DNA of 64,000 nucleotides, from positions 7,120 through 71,119 of the forward strand of contig JAJZXX010000254.1 in the NCBI GenBank assembly GCA_021806205.1, in the 5' to 3' direction. Below the pieces are notes generated by a model, which worked only from the letters and a program-made list of their open reading frames with translations, did not search any database and had not been told where the DNA came from. This stretch comes from Bacillota bacterium (GTDB lineage Bacteria; Bacillota; Sulfobacillia; Sulfobacillales; Sulfobacillaceae). The translations under genes and the position numbers were made by a program. Of this stretch, positions 56,767 through 64,000 are shown in pieces. Position 1 is the first letter of the stretch; each line of letters opens with the position of its first letter.

Positions 56767-58770
56767 ATGGACGGGAAATCCGATAACAGCGAGAAAACTC
56801 GGGAATCGGGATTGAGCAATCTGATGGACCATCACCATGCGGAACTCTTTAAGATTCCTACCCGCGCGAAAGGACCTACAGGGCGCCTCCCGTTGACGGC
56901 CAGCATGTTAAGGGAGTGGCCCAGTGGGGACCTCTTCGGACTATCCCAGGATGTGGGCATGGGATGGGATCCGGCTGAGACCCTGGCGCCGCCGGTGTTA
57001 ATTCTTAGCACCCAAGGCGGTGTTCGCGATGGCGAAGGCCGCCCGATTGCGCTGGGGTACCATACCGGGCACTGGGAAATCGGCAAGCTGGTCGAGGTGG
57101 CCGCTCAAACCTTTCGAGAATTGGGGGGCATGCCTCATGCCGGCATGGTGAGCGACCCGTGTGATGGCCGCAGTCAGGGTACCACCGCCATGTTTGATTC
57201 CTTGGCTTATCGCAATGACGGGTCGCTAGTCATGCGACGGCTGATTCGCTCACTGCCTACGCGAAAAGCGGTCATGGGTGTCGCGACCTGCGACAAGGGA
57301 CTGCCAGCCATGATGATGGCCCTGGCATCCCTTCGCGATCTACCCGGCATCTTGGTGCCGGGGGGGACAACACTTTTGGCCGAAGCTGGCGAAGATGCGG
57401 GAAAAGCGCAGACCATTGGGGTGCGCTTTAGCCGGGGAGAAATTAGTCTGGATGACGCGGCGGAAATTGGCTGTCGGGCCTGCGCGTCTCCCGGCGGCGG
57501 ATGCCAATTCTTGGGGACTGCAGCCACATCGCAAGTGGTGGGGGAGGCCTTGGGTATGTCGCTGCCCCATACCGCCCTGATGCCTAGCGGTGTGCCGCTC
57601 TGGGAGGAGATGGGGCGCCAGTCGGCTCGGGCTGTTTGGGCGTTGATGGCGCAAGGCGTATCCATGTCAGACATATTAACCGACGCGGCTATCACGAATG
57701 CCATGGTGCTTCACGCCGCGTTTGGCGGTTCGACCAATTTGCTTTTGCACTTGCCAGCCGTCGCGCACGCAGCCGGCCTTAAGGTTCCGGAGGTGGAGGA
57801 CTGGCGTGAGGTAAATCGCGCGGTGCCACGGCTGGTCAGTGTGCTGCCCAACGGACCCATAGACCATCCGACGGCACGGGTGTTTTTGGCGGGGGGTGTG
57901 CCGGAGGTGATGTTGCATCTCAGGCGGCTGGGATTGTTGGACGTTCACGTCCAAACCGTATCGGGCGCCACATTAGATGAAGTCCTCGACTGGTGGGAGC
58001 AATCGGAGCGGCGCCAAGGGGTGCGGGCACATCTATGGGAAATAGATCGGGTGGACCCGGATGAGGTGATTTTCGACCCGGCCCGGGCCCGTGCCCAGGG
58101 ACTGACGCCAACCTTAACGTTCCCATCGGGAAACTTGGCGCCCCAGGGTGCGGTGATCAAATCGACGGCCATCGACCCCAGGGCACTAGATCCCGATGGG
58201 GTGTATCGGATGCGCGGCCCAGCCCGAGTCTTTACCAATGAACCTATGGCGGTGCGCGCCATTAAAGCGGGTGCGATTCGGCCAGGCGATGTCATGGTAC
58301 TCATTGGCGTCGGACCGCTCGGGACCGGTATGGAAGAATCGTATCAAGTGACGTCGGCTTTGCGACACTTAAAGTTTGGAAGTCAGGTCGCGCTCTTGAC
58401 CGATGCACGATTTTCCGGGGTGTCGACGGGCGCGTGTGTGGGCCATATTAGCCCCGAAGCCCTGGCGGGCGGTCCGATTGGCAAATTGCAGGACAATGAC
58501 CTCATAGACATCGAGGTCAATCCGAAAACACTTACCGGGACGATAAATTTCGTTGCGTCGTCCAATGGGTCAGCACAAGACGGGGCCGCGATTCTTCACG
58601 GGCGCACGATACACGGCGGAGTGCGTCCAGACCCGGAACTACCTGACGATACGCGTTTGTGGGCCTTATTACAGACCGTCAGCGGGGGTCCGTGGGCGGG
58701 TGCCGTCTATGACGTCGAACGGATTGCAGCGGCCTTGGAAAGAGGATTCTTGCTAGAAGAGTCGTCATAG
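56767..58770 (+). CDS. YjhG/YagF family D-xylonate dehydratase (IlvD/Edd superfamily)
   Basis: ALGYHTGHWE, SDPCDGR, TCDKGLPA, CASPGGGCQFLGTA, GGSTN and TDARFSG motifs. Confidence 0.92.
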   Translation: MDGKSDNSEKTRESGLSNLMDHHHAELFKIPTRAKGPTGRLPLTASMLREWPSGDLFGLSQDVGMGWDPAETLAPPVLILSTQGGVRDGEGRPIALGYHTGHWEIGKLVEVAAQTFRELGGMPHAGMVSDPCDGRSQGTTAMFDSLAYRNDGSLVMRRLIRSLPTRKAVMGVATCDKGLPAMMMALASLRDLPGILVPGGTTLLAEAGEDAGKAQTIGVRFSRGEISLDDAAEIGCRACASPGGGCQFLGTAATSQVVGEALGMSLPHTALMPSGVPLWEEMGRQSARAVWALMAQGVSMSDILTDAAITNAMVLHAAFGGSTNLLLHLPAVAHAAGLKVPEVEDWREVNRAVPRLVSVLPNGPIDHPTARVFLAGGVPEVMLHLRRLGLLDVHVQTVSGATLDEVLDWWEQSERRQGVRAHLWEIDRVDPDEVIFDPARARAQGLTPTLTFPSGNLAPQGAVIKSTAIDPRALDPDGVYRMRGPARVFTNEPMAVRAIKAGAIRPGDVMVLIGVGPLGTGMEESYQVTSALRHLKFGSQVALLTDARFSGVSTGACVGHISPEALAGGPIGKLQDNDLIDIEVNPKTLTGTINFVASSNGSAQDGAAILHGRTIHGGVRPDPELPDDTRLWALLQTVSGGPWAGAVYDVERIAAALERGFLLEESS

Positions 58771-58865
58771 CCCGGGTTAATTAGCTAAGTCTTGCATCAG
58801 GGGATGGGTTGGTTCGGTGATTAATGGCAGGTTCAGGAAGATGTACGAAGGGTGGGAGGGGTGCT

Positions 58866-59663
58866 ATGAAAACAAATCTTAAAGGACAGGTTGCGGTCGT
58901 CACCGGAGGGGGATCCGGAATTGGCCGCGGGGTGGCTGAGGAACTGGCCAAGCGGGGGTGCCAGGTTGGCCTGATAGATATCATGCCCCAAGAGGACGCT
59001 AGATCTGCCCTCGAGGCGATCGTCAGACATGGTGCCCAGGTGGTCTACGAACATGTAGACGTGCGAAACCGTGCGGCCGTGAACACCGCTGCGGAACGCA
59101 TCCGGACCCGGTTGGGGCCTGTCTCGATTGTCGTATCGAATGCAATCACCAGCCAACGGCATGACTTTTTGCACACCTCGTTTGATGAACTGCAACAGGC
59201 GGTGGAGGTAGGCATCTACGGCGCGTTCCATGTTTTGCAAGCTTTTACGCGTCAAATGATTGAAGCGCAAGTGTCGGGCAGCATTATCCAAATGACGTCT
59301 CCCTGGGCGTACTTGCCTTATGCTGGGGGGATGGACTATCGGGTTGTCAAGTCGGCTCAGGAAAACATGGCCTTGTCGTTGGCTACAGAATTGATGCGGG
59401 TGGGAATCCGGGTCAACGTCGTTGAGCCAGGCTGGGTCAATACATCGGGCGAGCAGCGCTGGTATACACAAGACGAGATGGCACAAGCGGGCCGGCACAT
59501 GCCGTTGGGCCGCCTTTGTACGGTTGAGGATATTGGCCGGGCGGTCGCCTATCTGTGTGAAGAGCCGTATATTACGGGAACCCATTTAAAAATCGACGGC
59601 GGGTTGTCGCTCGCATACTTTGAAGCCTCTGGCGGTCCTGGAACCAAGGGGGGATCGGCCTAA
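58866..59663 (+). CDS. SDR family oxidoreductase
   Basis: TGGGSGIG, YRVVK and IDGG. Confidence 0.88.
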   Translation: MKTNLKGQVAVVTGGGSGIGRGVAEELAKRGCQVGLIDIMPQEDARSALEAIVRHGAQVVYEHVDVRNRAAVNTAAERIRTRLGPVSIVVSNAITSQRHDFLHTSFDELQQAVEVGIYGAFHVLQAFTRQMIEAQVSGSIIQMTSPWAYLPYAGGMDYRVVKSAQENMALSLATELMRVGIRVNVVEPGWVNTSGEQRWYTQDEMAQAGRHMPLGRLCTVEDIGRAVAYLCEEPYITGTHLKIDGGLSLAYFEASGGPGTKGGSA

Positions 59664-59779
59664 ACCGGCCTTTTTGTAAGCTCTAGGACAGATTTGCATC
59701 GCATTTGCGGTGAAGGGGGCGAGTGTGCAGTTTTTGAGGTGGCTAAGGGTGCGTGCATTCAGGATTGTCGGACGGGTCA

Positions 59780-59990
59780 GGCGTATTGCGCCTAGACCGC
59801 GTACTGCCGGGTAAAGCCACGGGAATGGATGCTTTAGTGCGACATTGCCGGGATGGCGGCCTGCCATTGGCTGACTGGGTAAGCAATGTCTTATCCGCCC
59901 GCAAAGCCAGAACGATCGTACCAGACCATCCAAGAATCATCCGGTCGATCTGACCAGCTATGGGCGGCCGAAATCACTTATGATCTTAGC
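59780..59990 (+). pseudogene. Possible IS3-family transposase remnant
   Basis: RSDQLWAAEITY resembles the IS3 integrase-core PNQLWxxDITY motif; upstream LVRHCRDGGL resembles V.RLMR..GL. Short and broken; boundaries approximate. Confidence 0.35.
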
Positions 59991-60110
59991 CGTGATGCCC
60001 GGGAATCGGGACCTTGGTGGACCCGGTACAAAAGGTTCCCCAACATAGAACGCAGTCCAATAGAGTGGGGGAGCCGGCGCTGTTAAGGCAGACGAGGGGA
60101 GTAAGCGATT

Positions 60111-60773
60111 ATGGCAAGACCATCAGAACACGATTGGCTACAAACGATCACGCAGGAATTATATTCTGCCGTACTGTGCGATGTATTAGACAAAATGGGC
60201 CATCGGCACCAGGCATTAGGTTCGGGATTTTACCCGGCTACCTCAGCAAAGCGGCTGACTGGCCGCGCTTTTCCGGTATTGGCGGCAGAGTCCTACACTA
60301 TGCCGGAACGTCCTTATAATCGTCTCATAGATGCACTTGACTCCATTAATGTGCACGAAGTGTTTATCACTAATCCGCTGTCCGACCGGGCAGCCTTTTG
60401 GGGCGAATTACTATCCAATGCCTGCCAGGCCCGTGGGGGTGCCGGCGCGGTGGTTGACGGCCTGGTGCGAGATGTGGAGCGAATCGAAGACATTGGATTC
60501 CCGGTTTTCGCGAAGGGTTCTCGGCCAGTAGATTCTTTAGGGCGGTCTGAAGTGCTGGATTATGGAGTTTCTGTGGTCTGTGGTGGTGTGCGGGTAAATC
60601 CGGGAGATTTGATTGTGGCCGATCGCGACGGTGTGGTCGTGGTGCCGTGCGCCGTGGAGGAAGAAGTGGTGGAAGAGGCGTTACACAAGGTGCGGGGTGA
60701 GAACCAAGTCCGCGAAGGTATTCGACGGGGTGAATCCTTGCGACGACTCTTCGACCAATATGGCGTGCTATGA
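60111..60773 (+). CDS. RraA/HMG-CHA aldolase family protein
   Basis: SAVLCDVLD, WGELL, DGLVRD and ADRDGVVVVP motifs. Confidence 0.9.
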   Translation: MARPSEHDWLQTITQELYSAVLCDVLDKMGHRHQALGSGFYPATSAKRLTGRAFPVLAAESYTMPERPYNRLIDALDSINVHEVFITNPLSDRAAFWGELLSNACQARGGAGAVVDGLVRDVERIEDIGFPVFAKGSRPVDSLGRSEVLDYGVSVVCGGVRVNPGDLIVADRDGVVVVPCAVEEEVVEEALHKVRGENQVREGIRRGESLRRLFDQYGVL

Positions 60774-60984
60774 TCATCATTGCGAACATCCACACGCCTT
60801 GGGGTCCCTGATGCTAGCGGGGGTAAACCGGTCTCCGCACTGTATTGGCCGGTGAGTGGAGTCAGGGGACTTTGTTCGGCAACGTCTCATTCGACTGATC
60901 CAACGGTGGATATCATGAAGCTCTTTACGACGACTGAAGAGTGAATCATGATTAGCGTTGTAACATGTTAGGGAGGTGTATTCC

Positions 60985-61758
60985 ATGCGGCTCGAGCATA
61001 AGGTGACTCTCATTACGGGCGCGGGAAAAGGAATCGGCCGGGCAACCGCTGAGCTGTTCGCCCGCGAAGGGGCTTATGTAGAAATTGCAGAGGTGGATAT
61101 GGCCGCCGCCGAGGCGACCGTTGCCGCTATTCAGGGGAATGGCGGCCAGGCCTCTTTTGCGAGAGTGGATGTGAGTCAGGAATCCAGCGTGGCGAACTGG
61201 AAGGATGAGGTATTGAGACGCCATGGTCGGGTGGATGTGCTCTTTAATAATGCGGGGATTAGTTCCGTGGGTGCGTTGCACGACGTACCACGTGCAACCT
61301 GGGACTCGATATTAGCCATTAATCTTACGGGCGTGTATCTCGTCTCCAAGGCCTTTCTTCCCACCATGATGGAGCAGCGATCCGGAAGCATTATTAATAT
61401 GTCGTCATCAATTGTACACACCGGCCTCTTGCGGCGGGCAGCGTATTCCGCCACCAAAGGGGCGATTTTGGCTATGACCAAATCGATGCAGGTGGACTAT
61501 GCCCCTTATGGCATTCGGGTGAACGCCTTGTTGCCGGGGACAATCTACACGCCTTTCGTTGAGCGATATATAAAAGAGTCTTATCCGGATCCCGAAGAGG
61601 CCGTAGCCGGGCTCAAACAGCGACAATTGGCACCTGATTTGGGGACGCCGGAGGATGTAGCCTATGCGGCTTTGTATTTAGCCTCGGATGAATCACGGTA
61701 TGTGTGGGGATCCGGACTGATTGTGGATGGTGGCGTGACCGCGGGAAAACCGTATTAG
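60985..61758 (+). CDS. SDR family oxidoreductase
   Basis: TGAGKGIG, NNAG, YSATK and VDGG. Confidence 0.9.
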   Translation: MRLEHKVTLITGAGKGIGRATAELFAREGAYVEIAEVDMAAAEATVAAIQGNGGQASFARVDVSQESSVANWKDEVLRRHGRVDVLFNNAGISSVGALHDVPRATWDSILAINLTGVYLVSKAFLPTMMEQRSGSIINMSSSIVHTGLLRRAAYSATKGAILAMTKSMQVDYAPYGIRVNALLPGTIYTPFVERYIKESYPDPEEAVAGLKQRQLAPDLGTPEDVAYAALYLASDESRYVWGSGLIVDGGVTAGKPY

Positions 61759-61809
61759 GGTTCAAAGGTTGGCACTAGGTGGGGCTAAACCAAGCGAGGG
61801 GGTAAGGCA

Positions 61810-62409
61810 ATGAATGCGGAGGAGTTCTACGACGCGGCCAGAGGTAATCGGCTGGTGGCCGTTATTCGTGCAGGGTCGCCTGAGGAGGCGGTACAAAAAT
61901 CGTTAAGAGCCCTGGAGGCGGGGATTCAACTCGTAGAAATTGCCTGTACCACGCCAAAGGCCGCGGAAGCCATCCGGGCCGTCAAACAAAAGGCGCCGCT
62001 CGTGGGAGCGGGGACGGTGTTGACAACCCGTGACGCCGATGCAGTGTTGGAAGCCGGAGCGGAATTTGTGCTGGGTCCTAACTTCTCCAGGGAGGTTCGG
62101 GACCTCTTGAGAGATCGCGGGGTAGTGTATATCCCCGGCGTATTTACGCCGAGTGATGTGGGACTGTGCCAAATGGCAGGGCTCACTACACTAAAACTGT
62201 TTCCTGCTGCCACCGGGGGGATTCCTCATCTTCGCGCGTTGCGCGAACCTTTTGTCGGTCTCTCTTGGATTCCGACGGGTGGTATTACCTGGGATGCTGT
62301 CGACGACTGGCTCAAAGCCGGTGCTTTAGCCGTGGGGATGGGATCCGCGTTGTTTCAACACCCCGACCTGCCAACTCGCATATCCCGATTGAAAGAAGAG
62401 TGGGCATGA
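61810..62409 (+). CDS. eda: KDPG/KHG aldolase family protein
   Basis: AVIR, VEI, GAGTV, KLFPA and PTGGI motifs. Confidence 0.88.
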   Translation: MNAEEFYDAARGNRLVAVIRAGSPEEAVQKSLRALEAGIQLVEIACTTPKAAEAIRAVKQKAPLVGAGTVLTTRDADAVLEAGAEFVLGPNFSREVRDLLRDRGVVYIPGVFTPSDVGLCQMAGLTTLKLFPAATGGIPHLRALREPFVGLSWIPTGGITWDAVDDWLKAGALAVGMGSALFQHPDLPTRISRLKEEWA

Positions 62410-63359
62410 CACCCATATTAACGATTGGCGAAGTCATGGGCTTATTGACGTGCGAGGCTTCCGGGCCGTTGATGCGGGGCAGTGTGATGACATCGAGTGT
62501 GGCCGGGTCTGAGTTTAATGTAGCCGTGGCCTTGGCACGGCTGAATGTGCCGACCTGGTTTGCGGGAGCGGTTGGCCATGATGTTTTTGGGCCCATCATC
62601 GAGCGGACGCTTCGCGCCGAAGGCGTGGACACGCGTTTTCTTAACGTGTTAGCGGATTGCCCCACCGGACTCATGATTAAAGAACACTATGGGCTCCAAT
62701 TAGAACCTCGGGTCCACTACTATCGGCGAAAGACCGCTATGCATCAGTGGGTTCCTGCAACGGCAATGGAAAGTGCGTTGGGAGATGGCTGGGTGCATCT
62801 CTCCGGCATTTCGTTGATGATTGATCCAGGGGTGAGACAGCGCCTCGAATCATGGCTGATGGGATGGACCGATCGCCATCCCCGGTCGCTGTCGGTCGAT
62901 CTTAACGTCCGTCGGCGGTTGGGTGAGGCGAGCGCTTGGAAAGAAGGGCTAAAAAATACGTTGCCGCGCGCCGGCCTCATTTTTGCGGGACGGCGCGATC
63001 TAAGAGAACTCTGGGGGACGGATGATGTGGCCGTCTTGGTGGCCGATGCGGTGATTGGGTCGGACCAAGTTGTGATTATCACCGATGGCGGTCGGGGTTC
63101 CCAACTGTATGAAGGCGCTGATCTGGGGGAAACGGTCGCGGCGTGGCCCACGGCTCATGTGGTTGATCCGGTCGGCGCCGGCGATGGCTTTGCAGCGGGC
63201 GTACTCGCGGGGCGTGCCAGAAAGTGGGGTTGGAGAGAATCGATCCGTCTCGGATCGATAGTGGGAGCTTTTGCAGTCTCGCACTCCGGCGATTGGGAAG
63301 GATATCCCCGGTGGGATGATGCCATGGCCATCTTACAAAGCCAATGGGTGGATCGGTGA
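62406..63359 (+). CDS. kdgK: PfkB family sugar kinase, 2-keto-3-deoxygluconate kinase-like
   Basis: AGSEFNVA..LARL, YYR, DLNVR and DPVGAGDGF motifs; coupled to the aldolase gene. Confidence 0.82.
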   Translation: MTPILTIGEVMGLLTCEASGPLMRGSVMTSSVAGSEFNVAVALARLNVPTWFAGAVGHDVFGPIIERTLRAEGVDTRFLNVLADCPTGLMIKEHYGLQLEPRVHYYRRKTAMHQWVPATAMESALGDGWVHLSGISLMIDPGVRQRLESWLMGWTDRHPRSLSVDLNVRRRLGEASAWKEGLKNTLPRAGLIFAGRRDLRELWGTDDVAVLVADAVIGSDQVVIITDGGRGSQLYEGADLGETVAAWPTAHVVDPVGAGDGFAAGVLAGRARKWGWRESIRLGSIVGAFAVSHSGDWEGYPRWDDAMAILQSQWVDR

Positions 63360-63970
63360 TACCGATGTCCCTGGGTGTCGGTGCGAATTCAAACCAGGCC
63401 TCTGGCCTGGTTGCTTGCGCTGGCGGTCGATTTAAGCCATATGGCATATTGATTATTTTTTCGGGCGAAAAGGCGTTGGGGTACCGTCTGACCCGGGTGA
63501 CTACGGTCGCTGATTTCCACTAGGGCATCCATGATATGAGAATCGATCGCTTGTCCTGCATCGCTTCCAAGCATAACAGCGCTTACGATGGGGTCATGGC
63601 CATTAGCTAGGCCTGGCTTTGTGGCTGCATGCCAATAAAGCAAGATATTGGCAATGCCGTCCTATATGTTACCATCAATAAGATGGTTGCTCCCCGTCGT
63701 CTCTCGCAAAGCAGCGGTTTGCCTTGCGAAGATATGCAGTTTGTTGTATAATTGTACCACCGTATTCAAACGTGATAGTCTTCCGTGTTTTGGGTTGATT
63801 TCTGCATGTCATGATTGTCTACCTTGGTGAGAGAGGCCCAACTGCGGTTCCTGGTCATTCCGTTTATTTTTTGTGTGTTGCGCACTAAAGTGATAAAGGC
63901 GCTGGGACTATTGCCCTCCTTGGGTGGTAGAGGGCTATATCATCTTACATTTAGAGGAGGGGGCGCTTTT

Positions 63971-64000
63971 ATGGGATCGGGTCTCAACCGACAAGAATTT
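63971..64000 (+). CDS. 5' end of a CDS running off the window (MGSGLNRQEF...)
   Basis: ATG after strong RBS GAGGAGGGGG; only 10 codons visible. Confidence 0.5.
   Translation, partial: MGSGLNRQEF

Noticed and set aside
1020-63830. Numerous alternative-frame and antisense ORFs in the supplied track (e.g. 27223..27993, 58833..59585, 22476..23156)
   Set aside because: They overlap well-supported genes, lack RBS and motifs, and are typical shadow ORFs of GC-rich coding DNA.
63971-64000. Tat-like signal (NRQEF) at the start of the last gene
   Set aside because: Only 10 codons visible and the second Arg is absent.

Overview
Chromosomal window from a Gram-positive bacterium (strong AGGAGG ribosome-binding sites, lipoprotein solute-binding proteins, SigH-like promoters). 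It looks Sulfobacillus-like, but that is inference only. There are three blocks. (1) About 1-18.7 kb is a surface/biofilm locus: two tandem DivIVA-like proteins, divergent pelF and pelG-like genes, a PelA-type glycoside hydrolase, and c-di-GMP proteins (HD-GYP, PilZ, EAL). Embedded in it is an exosortase-family transpeptidase translationally coupled to a tiny secreted substrate with an unusual TPQTP-TM-RRRKR sorting tail. That pair is flanked by a polyprenol-phosphate-type GT2 and two paralogous GT-C-like membrane proteins, and a degenerate anchor-less copy of the substrate gene lies just upstream. A TPR protein and a divergent secreted-peptide gene (RRNPP-like) also sit in this block. (2) After a decayed tnpB, about 20.3-35.1 kb is a GntR-associated catabolic operon for an unidentified (hetero)aromatic compound: NCS1 permease, tri-cupin, RidA, amidohydrolase, FAH, three-subunit molybdenum hydroxylase, flavin monooxygenase, CoxG. 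(3) About 35.3-63.4 kb is a large sugar/sugar-acid catabolism region: two ABC importers, ROK and GntR regulators, UxuA, a YjhG/YagF dehydratase, two enolase-superfamily enzymes, two KDPG aldolases, KdgK and several SDRs. No rRNA, tRNA or CRISPR array was seen. All assignments come from reading motifs by eye; no database searches were run.
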